Shown: positions 24,401-38,632, counted from the first letter of the stretch. The stretch is DNA of 64,000 bases from Lytechinus pictus (GCF_037042905.1 NC_087250.1:20214001-20278000), one strand, 5' to 3'. Program-made: numbers and translations. The notes: generated from the sequence alone by a model not told the origin.

Positions 24401-26433
24401 ACAATATTGGAATTGTCATATTTTCAATAAAATAAAATAAAAATTTTGACGGCATTTAACCTTGCTTTTGGTTAATCGCTAGTATTAGGGGAATGCAAAA
24501 GGGTGAGAGAGGTCCCCGTACTACGCATTCTTACTTCACCGGGGGTTGTTGACGAATAGTGAGGGGTAACTGACCCTTGTTATTCAAGATGAAAATTCCA
24601 TTTCAAATCTCTAAGGGTTATTAGAGACTATCGAAAATCTTTCCGGATTGGTGTAAATAAGGAGAAAAGAAAAGTTATTTTCATTGGGTTTTTACAAGGA
24701 AAATGTTAAGGAACATTTCTATCAGAAGGTAGATTTTGTTATTACGGGTGATTTTCTCCTTTAAACATTGAAGTTAGAGAAAATTTGAATTATGAAGAAA
24801 TGTTTAGTAAAACAAGAAAAAAAAAAGATAAATACACAGCGTTATAATCATCAAAAAATCTTATGGTAAAAAAGAAATGAAAATGGAAGCTGTGTTTTAA
24901 TTACGCTTCACATGTAGGTGGAAGTTTCAATTTTTCGTGTGACTATTTACTGGCCTTTTTTAATTTACCATTCCCGAAATTGTGTACAGATCTTGTGGAA
25001 GTGTGAATAGAAACGAGAGATTTCAAGCAGAAATATGACTCTCATAATGATTGGGACATCAGACATTGTTTAATAATAAATTAATACGAGTTATTGGAAA
25101 GAGTACATTTGACAAAAATAGCTAATAAAAAATATACATATATATATAGATTAAACCATTTCGTGAAAAGTGATGGAAATTTGGGATCTATGAACCAGTA
25201 TTTCCACAGCTCCAAAATAAATTTCCAAAAATTGAATCCCAAATTTCCTGAAATTTATATTTCCTGGAATTTTCAAATTTGATTTGAAACAAAAATTGGG
25301 CAATAATACAGCGAGCCTAAACTTGGTCCAGGTGGCCAGCATTTTTTAAACAGTATCACACCAATAATGCGTAAATTATTTCCATTTATTGGAGTGTAGG
25401 ATAGAAAGAGCATAGGTGTCGTGGTCGAGGATCGAACCCCGGACTTCCATGCATAGCCAGGACCCTTAGACCACTCGGTTTACTGACGGATGGTCTATTA
25501 TCACTTGGTCTAATCATCAGATGGGCTAACAACATTCGGGCTAAACCCACTTAGTCCAATTCTCTTTTGGTCTAATGACCACTTGGTCTAATAGCCACTC
25601 GACCACCGCATCACAAGTGTAATCGATCTACTTTATGCAGGGCAAGTTTAGACAGAATATTAACGCTATTTTAATAACGCCATCTTATCTATGACATATT
25701 ATGAAATTATTGAGATAATTTCTTGTAAATTCATTTATAATAATAGAAAACATATTTTAGTACTATTATGGTGGATATTCTTTAAAACTAACTAATACTA
25801 TTAAAAAATTAAAAAATTATATATATTTTCTTTGACACCAATACTGATATCGCAATAGTATTTTAAATAAAATAAATTTTGGCAGCGGTCAAACCTTGAA
25901 CTTGGTTAATCGCTAGTATTACCAGCCTAGCGCCTACAATCTAGGCGGAGGCTGCAGTTATTATATATATGCTTATAAGCTGAACACAAGCGATGTGTCT
26001 GATCATGGAGGTAGAAATCTGATCTAGAAAAGACTATACACTCCCTTCTGCCCAATCAATATTCATGAATTCATCTCGTCGTTTGACGTGTTCTGGTACC
26101 GGGTTCCCGTACCAGTACCTGTATTGCTGTCGTGTGCCAACGACTTGAGATCATAAAGGCGAAGACATAGACCAGGTGACTAGAATAGTACATGAGGGAT
26201 AAAGTTTGGAAATCTGTTTTATTATCTGCCTTTGGCACATTTGACTATTGTTTAGGCTATACTGTCAAATACCAGTGTTTATGAAGGCTCTATTTATTAC
26301 TCTTCAGCTTGGATGTCATAAAATGAATATATAGAAAGGAATACATGAATAATCATCAAATCACAAATGCCTATGTCAGTGGTTTTGAAAGCCACCTTCA
26401 TGGTTTATATTAAATGACTTTTTTCTGCCCGTG

Positions 26434-29400
26434 TATGAGGCGCCGAATGTACCAATATTATATAGAACAATTATTTGTTATATAATCATTATTTATTAAA
26501 TAATAACTATTATTTATATATAATTTACATTTTATTTGTAAATAACTACTATTATATTAAATATCATTTCTAATTATTTATATATAATTCCAAGTAATAC
26601 TTCATTATTTGTAAATAATAATAGTTCGACATTCCATTATTTATAAATAATGATTATTTGTTTTTCATTATTTATAAATAATGATTATTTGTTTTTCATT
26701 ATTTATAAATAATGATTATTTGTTTTTCATTATTTATAAATAATGATTATTTGTTTTTCATTATTTATAAATAATGATTATTTGTTTTTCATTATTTACA
26801 AATAATGATTTTTTGTTTTTCATTATTTATAAATAATGATTATTTGTTTTTCATTATTTATAAATAATTTGTTGAGTTTTTCATTATTTACAAATAATGA
26901 TTATTTGTTTTTCATTATTTATAAATAATGATTATTTGTTTTTCATTATTTATAAATAATTTGTTGAGTTTTCCATTATTTATAAATAATGATTATTTGT
27001 TAAATAATGAAAACGTCTACTTCATTATTTATAAATAATTTTTTCGAGTGCACCATTATTCTCATTATTTATAAATAATCATTATTTAATGTTCGAGATT
27101 CCATTATTTATAAATAAAGATTATTTGTTAAATAATGAAATATCTACTTCATTATTTATAAATAATAATTTTGTTTCAATATCCAATTATTTATAAATAA
27201 TCATTATTTATAAACAATTTTTACAGTTTGCCATTATATACAAATAATCATTATTTATATACAAATAACCATTATTTATTAAATAATGCCATTATTTATT
27301 AAATAATGCCATTATTTATTAAATGATGGAAAACTCGCTATAACATGCAAATGTGGGACCGCCCATGATATGAATATTCATGATGCGATTTCCTTTTTCG
27401 TGATTTTTCTTCACAAATTTGTGTCCATTTCCTCTTCATAATGACATTTCTTGAAGCAATTTTCTAGGGATATGGTCTGATTGTAATATTCTTCATTTTC
27501 TATATAACTTCGTCTTCGTAGAAATATCAAAAAGTGTAATTTTATACGATTTTTCCTACAGTTCACAATCCCCATAGGCGCGCGTGTATCGTAGGGACAA
27601 CCGGTGAATCGACGGAGTGCTCTTCATCGAAATACTACGTTGGTTGGTCCCCGGAAGTGGCGGGCGGAATTTAGCCCGAATCCTCGATGGAAGTCGATCA
27701 AGTGCATATGAGCTGAGAGAGTGAAATATCAGTGTACTTGTACAGGCCCTTCTACTTTTTATAAATATTTCTTGTTGCTTTTTTTGTTAAGTTAATTTTT
27801 CCTGGTGTAGAGATAAGTTTCAGTTCTAATAATGCACTTCAAATACATTTTGGAGTGTCTGTTTGAGGCGTTTGGGGCGATTTCACCCTGGCCCCAAAAT
27901 GCTCGCAACGACAATACGGGGTCATGATGACCCCTAAATTTTTAAAAACTAATTTTTCTATTGAAAATTATCACAAAATTCACCAAAAGTGTGCACGAAA
28001 GCCTTCGTATTTCATTTTTAAAACTCCAAAAAGTGCCCAAATGACAAGCTTGGTCGCTTCGCTGTGTCGCTTTCAACTTGAGAACGTTTACGCGTCTGCT
28101 TCCCCCCCCCCTCCTCCGAAAGAAATTCTGTATACGGCCATGCTCTAAAGAGCCTGGCACATTGATTTATGTATACTTTCATTTTCATTATTTTTATCTC
28201 ATTATCATCATGGCCTTACGCAGAATTTTTTCCAGGGGGGCCGGGGCCGGAGCATGACGCGCGTAAACTTTCTCAAAAAAATCTTGAAAGCGAGACAGCC
28301 ACGGGACCAAGCCCAAATGACAAGCTTGGTCGCTTCGCTGTCTCGCTTTCAACTTGAGAACGTTTACGCGCGTCGGCCCCCACCCCCCGAAAGAAATTCT
28401 GTGAATGGCCATGCTCAAAAGAGCATATGGCACATTGATTTATATGTACTTTTCATTTTCATTATTTTTATCACATTATCATCATGGCCTTACACAGAAT
28501 TTTTACCGGGGGGGGGGGGGAGCAGCTAGGACGCGCGTAAAGTTTCTCACAAAAATCTTGAAAGCGAGACAGCGACGCGACCAAGCTCAAATGACAAGCT
28601 TGGTCGCTTCGCTTTTTCAAGATTTTTATGAGAAAGTTTACGCGCGTCCTGCTCCCCCCACCCCCCCCCCCCCCCGGAAAAAATTCTGCGTAAGGCCATG
28701 ATGATAATGAGATAAAAATAATGAAAATGAAGTATACATAAATCAATTTGCCAGGCTCTTAATTTAGAGCATGGCCATATACAGAATTTCTTTCGGAGGA
28801 GGGGGGGGGGGGAATGAGACGCGTAAACGTTCTCAAGTTGAAAGCGACACAGCGAAGCGACCAAGCTTGTCATTTGGGCACTTTTTGGAGTTTTAAAAGT
28901 GAAATACGAAGGCTTTCGTGCACACTTTTGGTGAATTTGGTGATAATTTTCAATAGAAAAATAAGTTTTTAAAAATTTAGGGGTCATCATGCCCCCGTAT
29001 TGTCGTTGCGAGCATTTTGGGGCCAGGGTGAAATCGCCCCAAACGCCTCAAACAGACACTCCAAAATGTATTTGAAGTGCATTATTAGAACTGAAACTTA
29101 TCTCTACACCAGGAAAAATTAACTTAACAACAAAAGCAACAAGAAATATTTATAAAAAGTAGAAGGGCCTGTACAAGTACACTGATATTTCACTCTCTCA
29201 GCTCATATGCACTTGATCGACTTCCATCGAGGATTCGGGCTAAATTCCGCCCGCCACTTCCGGGGACCAACCAACGTAGTATTTCGATGAAGAGCACTCC
29301 GTCGATTCACCGGTTGTCCCTACGATACACGCGCGCCTATGGGGATTGTGAACTGTAGGAAAAATCGTATAAAATTACACTTTTTGATATTTCTACGAAG

Positions 29401-30482
29401 ACGAAGTTATATAGAAAATGAAGAATATTACAATCAGACCATATCCCTAGAAAATTGCTTCAAGAAATGTCATTATGAAGAGGAAATGGACACAAATTTG
29501 TGAAGAAAAATCACGAAAAAGGAAATCGCATCATGAATATTCATATCATGGGCGGTCCCACATTTGCATGTTATAGCGGGTTTTCCATTATTTAATAAAT
29601 AATGGCATTATTTAATAAATAATGGCATTATTTAATAAATAATGGTTATTTGTATATAAATAATGATTATTTGTATATAATGGCAAACTGTAAAAATTGT
29701 TTATAAATAATGATTATTTATAAATAATGGGATATTGAAACAAAATTATTATTTATAAATAATGAAGTAGATATTTCATTATTTAACAAATAATCTTTAT
29801 TTATAAATAATGGAAAACTCGAACATTAAATAATGATTATTTATAAATAATGAGAATAATGGTGCACTCGAAAAAATTATTTATAAATAATGAAGTAGAC
29901 GTTTTCATTATTTAACAAATAATCATTATTTATAAATAATGGAAAACTCAACAAATTATTTATAAATAATGAAAAACAAATAATCATTATTTATAAATAA
30001 TGAAAAACAAATAATCATTATTTATAAATAATGAAAAACAAATAATCATTATTTGTAAATAATGAAAAACAAATAATCATTATTTATAAATAATGAAAAA
30101 CAAATAATCATTATTTATAAATAATGAAAAACAAATAATCATTATTTATAAATAATGAAAAACAAATAATCATTATTTGTAAATAATGAAAAACAAATAA
30201 TCATTATTTATAAATAATGAAAAACAAATAATCATTATTTGTAAATAATGAAAAACAAATAATCATTATTTATAAATAATGGAATGTCGAACTATTATTA
30301 TTTACAAATAATGAAGTATTACTTGGAATTATATATAAATAATTCGAAATGATATTTTATATAATAGTAGTTATTTACAAATAAAATGTAAATTATATAT
30401 AAATAATAGTTATTATTTAATAAATAATGATTATATAACAAACAATTGTTCTATATAATATTGGTACATTCGGCGCCTCATA
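26434..30482. mobile_element. Foldback non-autonomous DNA transposon (IS3EU-like), 4,049 bp
   Basis: Inverted arms ~26434-28289 and ~28614-30482. Termini TATGAGGCGCC..GGCGCCTCATA. Perfect 6-bp TSD CCCGTG (26428-26433, 30483-30488). Confidence 0.93.
26637..27000 (+). repeat. 31-bp minisatellite in the left foldback arm (mirrored at ~29925-30280)
   Basis: (atttataaataatgattatttgtttttcatt)n, about 11-12 units per arm. Confidence 0.92.
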
Positions 30483-32756
30483 CCCGTGCGCAGTTTACAA
30501 CCGTGAACAGGTGATGTGACAACGACTTGAGATCATATAGGCAGCCACAATGCGTAGTCTTCACCAGATCAGACGTATCGCTTCCTTTCAGCATAACAGC
30601 AAAGACAACAACTGCAGCCTCCGCCTAGAGTATAGGCTATAATATTAACATAATGCACAAGGATGAGAATTAAGTACCTACACGACGTATTATATATTTA
30701 CCGGGGGTTGTTGATGAATAGTAAGGGGGTAACTGACCTTTTTTTTATTCAAGATGAAAATTCCATTTCAGATGTCATAGGGTTATCAGAGACTATCGAA
30801 AATCTTTCCGGATTGGTGTAAATAAGGAGAAAAGAAAAGTTTTGATTGGGTTTTTACAAGGAAAATGTTATGGAAAACTCTTCTATTAGAAGGTAGATTT
30901 TGTTATTACGGGTGATTTTCTTCTTGAAACATTGAAGTTAGAGAAAATTTTGAATGATGAAGAAATGTTAAGTAAAACAAAAAAATGTTGATAAATGCAC
31001 AGCGTTGTGTTAATTGAAAATTAATAAAAAAATATATATGTTGTGTAATATTAATGCATGAATTTCATTTTAATGGTTCGTTATAACTCATTTTCATTTT
31101 CTTTTTAGGAGCGAGTGTGAAATCATGTGTGTATCGATATAGTGAGGGTACAATAAAAACCATTTTCGATTTTCTGAGAAAATGACATTTCATTGATTTT
31201 TTTACCATACAATATGGAGGAAAGCTGCTCACTTCAAAAATCAAATGATTAGAATTCAAATAACTTTTTCATTCTTTGACGATTTTTTTCTCAAACCTTC
31301 GCCATTATCTGTTATTATTATTGCTATAATTACAGTCAACTTTTTGTCAGGGTGAACTTCCCTTTAACTATAAAAAAATATACAATTTTGATTAAAACTC
31401 ACCTCCGAAAAGCGGTTTAAAAACTCAATAAATCAATCTTTGCCCGAGTCCGCGAAGCCACTGCCTCTTATATTACTCTACTGTCTTTTCACAGATTTTC
31501 TCTACACAAATAGCTCAATCCGCACACATACGCAGATCCGCAGCGGGAATTAAAAAAATCTCAAAAATTTGCTTCGGATGAAATATACGTAATATATACG
31601 TGATACGAAATTCATCGATATTCTGTCTGTAACGCTTGCGCTTCGTAAAATACATAACTCATACGTAAAATAAGTAAACCCATCCGAATAATATGTAAGA
31701 TACGTAACTGATCCGCACACTTCATTATAATTAAGTAATATTAATTTCTTAATATATTTAAATGGGCTTAATGATTTACAAATAATTTCACAAGTCCATG
31801 AGTTTTTCTACTTTCGATGGCGGGGGGGGGGGGGGGGGGTGGCTGAAGTCTTACATTCATTGAAACCATCACCTTTTTCTTTACAATATTGAAATGAAAA
31901 TATCAACTGGGTCTTTTTTCCCTTTTTTACAGCGATTCACAATTTCCAAACAGGCGATTAAATACAGAAACGTTATTTTTCAATCACCATGACACGACAC
32001 CAGGTGTATATCATATTTCTGAACAATATTTCGTTTTTTTAACAAGTGCACACCTAGTTGCCAATAATGCGTAAATCTTTTCCATATATTTGAATGTAGG
32101 ATGAAAAGAGCATATAGGTGCCTTGGCCGGGGATCGAACCCCGGACTTTCCATGTATAGCCAGAAGCCTTAGACCACTCGGCCACCGCATCACAAGTGTA
32201 ATCGATTCAGTTTGGTGCGCAAGTTTAGACTGAATATTAATAGTATTTTCATAACGCCATCTTATATATAGCTTATTATGAGTTTATTGAGATAATTAAA
32301 AAAATTAAATACATGGACAATAATTAAAAAAAATTAGTACCATAATGGTGAATATTTTTTTACTAACTATTATTATTCAGATATAAAAAAATATATATCT
32401 TTTTTTCAAAATATTTACATCGTCTAAATAATTTTCTAAATGAATAAAATTTTGGCGGCGGTAATACCTTGAATTTGGTTAATCGCTAGTATAACAAGAC
32501 TGTAAGAGATAGGTGATTATACATCGTAATACAGTTTAGACGGAGATTGTTGTTGAATAATGAGAGATCATGGAGATAGTTGATCCTTTCTATTCAAAAT
32601 AAATATTCCATGTTGTTAAATCATAGGGTTAACAGAGACTATCGCAACATCTTTCCGGATTGGTGTAAATAAGGAGAAAAGAAAAGTTCTTTTGATTGGG
32701 TTTTTACAAAGAAAATATGAAGCACCCTTCTATCAGAACGTAGATATTGTTAATAC

Positions 32757-33440
32757 TTTTTTTTTTCTTTCAATAATTTTATTCATCAAAATATCAACAT
32801 ATATACAATATTTACATACACTCGGTACATGTAATATACATACCTATAAAATACTACACTCCAAAACGCTTATACATAACAGAAAACTTTAACTACGAAC
32901 ATCAACAAAAGTAAACAGTCAAGTGTAAAACCACCACGGTAACAAGTTGGCACCTTTGTACGAAGCCTAATTCGACGAAAAGGCCCCCCCCCCCAACCAT
33001 TACTCTAAGCCATGTGATGTACTCACTCCCTTTAAAACTACCTGTTTATGAATCAAGGCTTGCACACTTGCCATTCTCTAAAATGTATTACTTTCCCTTT
33101 AAACCCAAAGCCCCGGCCAGGACTGCGAAGGATAATGGGCCATTCAGCCAATTATGTTACATTCTTGCAATTTCTGAAATGCCATAAAACACATTGTGAG
33201 GTCATGATAACTCACACAAAGTATATTCTAACTTTACCCCCTTCTATTGAACATAATCTTGACCCTTTTACCCACAGCTTTTCAAACTGTCCCCTAGGTA
33301 CTCTGTTAAAATCTATCTCTAATCTTACTCTAATCTCATTTTTAATTCTCACAATCAACCCGTCATCTGTTATTCCTTCCAACGCCCCATGGGACACTTT
33401 CCAACAAAATGATCTTAATTTATTGCATAGCAGACGATTA
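32757..33440 (-). mobile_element. 3' fragment of the Tx1-like LINE with an internal deletion
   Basis: Reverse complement of 48120-49135, lacking ~48186-48490. Poly-T at 32757. Encodes CWKVSHGAL-EG-ITDDGLIVRIKNE..KVRIYFV. Confidence 0.9.
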
Positions 33441-34578
33441 TTACTTATTAGTATTACAGTCATTGAAACCATCTTAAACCATCCTTTTTCTTTACAATAA
33501 TGAAATGAAAATATTAACTGGGTATTTATTCTTTCCTTTTTACAGTGATTCACAATTTCCAAACAGGGAATTTAATACAGAAATGCTATTTTTCAATCAC
33601 CATGACACGACACTACGTGTATTTTATATTTTTTAACAATACTTGCGTAAATTATTTCCATTTTATTTAAATGCAGGATAAAAGAGCATATAGGTGCCGT
33701 GCCGAGGATCGAACCCCGGACTTTCATGTATAGCCAGGAATCATAGACCACTCGGTCACCGCATCACAAGTGTAATCGATTCATTTTAGGAGCGCAAGCT
33801 TATACTGAATATAAATTCTTTTTTCATAAATCTATCATATCTATGGCGTATAATACGTTTTTATTATGATGATTGAAAAATATGTGTGTAATAAAAAAAT
33901 CTTATAAGTACCATTTGGTAAATATTGTTTACTAACCAATATTATTAAGAATTAAAAAAATATATTAATTTTGTTGACTCTGATATCTTTGCTGCAGTTT
34001 CACTCAAAATATAATAATAAATTTTGGCGGCGATTTACCTTGCTTTCGGATAATCGCTAGTATTAGGAGAATGCAAAAGGATGAGAGAGAAGTGCCTATA
34101 CGACGAATTACAAATTTACCAGGGGGTTGATGATGAATAGTGAGGGGTAACTGACCCTTTTTATTCAAGATGAAAATACCATTTCAAATCTCGTAGGGTT
34201 ATTAGAGACTATCGAAAATCTTTCCGGATTTGTGTAGCAAATACGGAGAAAAGAAAAGTTATTTTTATTGGGTTTTTACAGGGAATAGTATGGAGCACCC
34301 TTCTATCAGAAGGTAGATTTTGTTATTACGGGAGATTTTCACCTTTAAACATTGAAGTTAGAGAAAATTTGAATTATGAAGAAATGTTAAGTAAAACAAA
34401 CAAAAACGTTGATAAATGCACAGCGTTATGTTAATTAAAAGTTAAAAAAAATATATATATATGTTATGTAATATAAAATGCAAGAATTTCATTTTAATGG
34501 TTCGTTATAACTTATTTTCATTTTCCTTTTAGGAGCGAGTGTGAAATCATGTGTGTATCGATATAGTGAGGGTACAAT

Positions 34579-34770
34579 TTTTTTTTAAAAACAAGTTCAC
34601 ACCTAGTTACCAATAATGCATATAGCATTTCCATTTATTTTAAAGCAGGATAAAAGAGCATTGTATATTAAATGCCTTGCTCACGGGCATAGCTGCCGCG
34701 GCCAGGGATCGAACCCCGGACTTTTTCATGTATAGCCAGGCGCCTTAGACCACTCGGCCGCGGCACCTCC
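34579..34770 (-). mobile_element. Full-length tRNA-derived SINE
   Basis: A box (cggccgagtgg), B box (ggttcgatccc), gagcaaggca motif and A-tail. ACAAT duplicated (34574-34578, 34771-34775). Empty site at ~31145. Confidence 0.88.
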
Positions 34771-36396
34771 ACAATAAAAACCATTTTCGATTTTCTTAGA
34801 AAATAACATTTCATTGATTTCCTTACAACACAATATGTAGGAAAGCTGCTCACATATAACTTCAAAAATCAAATAATTAGAATTCAAATAACTTTTTCAT
34901 TCTTTGACGATTTTTTTCTCAAACCTTCGCCATTATCTGTTATTATTATTGCTATAATTACAGTCAACTTTTTGTCAGGGTGAACTTCCCTTTAACTCTA
35001 AAACATATACAATTTTGATTAAAACTCACGTCCGAAAAGCGGTTTCAAAACTCAATAAATCAATCTTTGCATGAGTCTGCGAAGCCACTGCCTCTTATAT
35101 ACTCTACTGTCTTTTCACAGATTTTCTCTACACAAATAGCTCAATCCGCACACATACGCAGATCCGCAGCGGGAATAAAAAAAATCTCAAAAATTTGCTT
35201 CGGATGAAATATACGTAATATATACGTGATACGAAATTCATCGATATTCTGTCTGTAACGCTTGCGCTTCGTAAACTTCGTAAAATACATAACTCATACG
35301 TAAGATAAGTAAACGCATCCGAACAATATGTAAGATACGTAACTGATCCGCACACTTAATTATAATTAAGTGATATTAAATTCTTAATATATTCAAATGG
35401 GCTTAATAATTTACAAATAATTTCACGAGTCCATGAGTTTTTACACTTTCGATGGGGGGGGGGGGTGGGTGGGTGAAGTCTTACATTCATTGAAACCATC
35501 TTAAACCAACCTTATTATTTATAATATTGAAATGAAAATATGAACTGGGTCTTTTTTCCCCTTTTTACAGCGATTCACAATTTCCAAACAGGCAATTAAA
35601 TACAGAAACGTTATTTTTCAATCACCATGACACTACACCAGGTGTATATCATATTTCTGAACAATATTTCGTTTTTTTAACAAGTGCACACCTAGTTGCC
35701 AATAATGCGTAAATCTTTTCCATTTATTTGAATGTAGGATAAAAAGAGCATATAGGTGCCTTGGCCGGGGATCGAACCCCGGACTTTCCATGTATAGCCA
35801 GAAGCCTTAGACCACTCGGCCGCCGCATCACAAGTGTAATCGATTCAGTTTGGTGCGCAAGTTTAGACTGAATATTAATGCTATTTTCATAACGCCATCT
35901 TATCTATGGTATGTTATGAGTTTATTCAAAAAATAAAAAAAAATTAATACATTAACAATAATTTAAAAAAAATGTAGTACCATAATAGTGAATATTTTTT
36001 TACTAACTATTATTACTTAGATATAAAAAATTATATATCTTTTTTCCAAATCGGTTACAGCGTCTAAATATTTTTCCAAATGAATAAAATTTTGGCGGCG
36101 GTAAAACCTTGAATTTGGTTAATCGCTAGTATAACAAGAATGTAAGAGATAGGTGATTATACATCGTAATGCAGTTTAGCCGGAGATTGTTGATGAATAA
36201 TGAGAGATCATGGAGGTAGTTGATCCTTTCTATTCAAAATAAATATTCCATGTTGTTAAATCATAGGGTTAACAGAGACTATCGCAACATCTTTCCGGAT
36301 TGGTGTAAATAAGGAGAAAAGAAAAGTTCTTTTGATTGGGTTTTTACAAAGAAAATATGGAGCACCCTTCTATCAGAACGTAGATATTGTTAATAC

Positions 36397-37080
36397 TTTT
36401 TTTTTTCTTTCAATAATTTTATTCATCAAAATATCAACATATATACAATATTTACATACACTCGGTACATGTAATATACATACCAATAAAATACTACACT
36501 CCAAACGCTTATACATAACAGAAAACTTTAACTACGAACATCAACAAAAGTAAACAGTCAAGTGTAAAACCACCACGGTAACAAGTTGGCACCTTTGTAC
36601 GAAGCCTAATTCGACGAAAAGGCCCCCCCCCCCAACCATTACTCTAAGCCATGTGATGTACTCACTCCCTTTAAAACTACCTGCTTATGAATCAAGGCTT
36701 GCACACTTGCCATTCTCTAAAATTTATTACTTTCCCTTTAAACCCAAAGCCCCGGCCAGGACTGCCAAGGATAATGGGCCATTCAGCCAATTATGGGACA
36801 TTCTTGCAATTTCTGAAATGCCATAAAACACATTGTGAGGTCATGATAACTCACACAAAGTATATTCTAACTTTACCCCCTTCTATTGAACATAATCTTG
36901 ACCCTTTTACCCACAGCTTTTCAAACTGTCCCCTAGGTACTCTGTTAAAATCTATCTCTAATCTTACTCTAATCTCATTTTTAATTCTCACAATCAACCC
37001 GTCATCTGTTATTCCTTCCAACGCCCCATGGGACACTTTCCAACAAAATGATCTTAATTTATTGCATAGCAGACGATTAT
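36397..37080 (-). mobile_element. Second copy of the deleted Tx1-like 3' fragment (tandem duplication, offset ~3.64 kb)
   Basis: Same deletion and same flanks as 32757-33440. Confidence 0.9.
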
Positions 37081-37256
37081 TACTTATTAGTATTACAGTC
37101 ATTGAAACCATCTTAAACCATCCTTTTTCTTTACAATATTGAAATGAAAATTATATATATTTTTTTTAAATATGATAGTAATTGGTACAGTTAATTCCTA
37201 ATATTAGAAATTTTGGCGGCGATCAAAATTTGACTTTGTTTAATCGCCAGTATTAC

Positions 37257-38632
37257 TAGACTATAATCTAAGCGGAGGCTGCAGTTTGTCTATGCTGAAT
37301 AAGCTGAACACAAGTGATGTGTCTGATCTGGCAAAAACTACACACTCCCGTCTGCCCAAATAGCCCAATCAATATTCATGAATTCATCTCGTCGTTTGAC
37401 GTGTTGTGGTACCGGGATCCCGTACCAGTAATTGAGCACTTTTAGAAATGTACGTCCACATAGTGAACTGGTACGAAATGACGTCATTTTTTGGCCTGCC
37501 ATATGCCTCACGTCCTCACACACGTCCACTCTCAAAATCGAGGACCTCGCCACATCCATTTTGCGGTTCTCCTAAATCATAGACGACGTGCACGTGAGTG
37601 ACGTCATTTTAACCGTTCAAGCCCAGCATGAAGATCAACCTTTCCCTTTTAAAACACAGTTTTCAGCGACTTTTCACAAAATTAATGTAAGTTGTACGAT
37701 GAATTATTTTTATCATATTTGAAATTGCTTTCTGATCTCCAAAATATACATCGAAATATATCCTAACTCGCGTAAAAAGGAATCAAAGCAAATGAAAGGG
37801 CACATGTGCACAAGTTGCACCTTCGCATCACCCGACCGTGTCGCCAGGCGATGGTGCGCCAGATCTTCCGGGTCGGGCATCGTGTCATGACCCGCTGGTT
37901 ATCGCGCTGTTTCATGTGGACGTACGTACACGTACAAGTCGAGTGAAATCTAAAGTATTCGCATCTGTAGTGAACAAGGGCAGACGACGACGTTGACTCG
38001 AAGGATCAGAGGACTGCTACGTCGTTCACGTTCACTGCTCCTAAAACCCTCTTGAGATCATAAAGGCGAAGATATTATCGTCACACGGAGGGATTGCCTG
38101 ATACAAATCTTTGACATTCAATAACTTTGTTATTTGTTATCCGATTTTGATCAAATTTTCAGCATTCTGCTCTGTGAATTTTACTCTATTCATTGAGATA
38201 TAAATATTTCCAGCCTGGACCATCCCTTTAAAGGTCTCGGAATTTTCCACTAGGAATGCGGATTTTATCGGCAGCATAATCCAAACTCTCGCAGAAGTTT
38301 CTCGCGTGTACTCGTACTTGCCATATTGTGGATGAAGAAAGTGACGTCATGTCACGTGACTTATATGCATTACCTTCTTCTTTCCAACGTATTTCTGATT
38401 GGTCGGATTTATTTCTTCTCATACATATGCATGAGGATTTTTCGTACGAAAAACTGGTGTCATTTCAATGTCGATAGAAAAAAACAACATCCAAAGCAAG
38501 ACGTGAGTGTATTAGGCAATGGATGCAGCTAACGCAGCCACAATGCGTTGTCTTCGCCAGATCAGACGTATCGCTTCCGTTCAGCATAACAGCAAAGACA
38601 ACAACTGCAGCCTCCGCCTAGATTTTAGGCTG
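37257..38632. mobile_element. AcademH-like element (copy 2) with nested repeats; a truncated copy 3 starts at 39483
   Basis: TAGACTATAATC..TTTTAGGCTG termini. 9-bp TSD cagtattac (37248-37256) / tagtattac (38633-38641). Confidence 0.8.
37432..38052. repeat. Dispersed ~620-bp CpG-rich repeat; inverted copy at 54577-55200
   Basis: Long reverse-complement match, e.g. gagcacttttagaaa / tttctaaaagtgctc and gacgacgacgttgactcgaa / ttcgagtcaacgtcgtcgtc. Confidence 0.85.

Larger units (their letters stand above)
25923..30639. mobile_element. AcademH-like element (copy 1), host of the foldback
   Basis: TIR gccta.aatctaggcggaggctgcagtt / aactgcagcctccgcctagagtataggcta. Flanks tagtattac / taatattaac. 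Confidence 0.7.

Noticed and set aside
27924..28990. Short ORFs in the foldback centre as a transposase
   Set aside because: They are mirror-image repeat translations with poly-G/P runs and no DDE motif.
26434..30482. Palindrome as a chimeric-read assembly artefact
   Set aside because: A perfect 6-bp TSD, a continuous host element on both sides, an asymmetric spacer and small arm differences favour a real element. Read support was not checkable.
33048..33500. 150-aa plus-strand ORF (and its twin at 36687-37142) as a duplicated gene
   Set aside because: Antisense reading of the Tx1 ORF2 end and 3' UTR.
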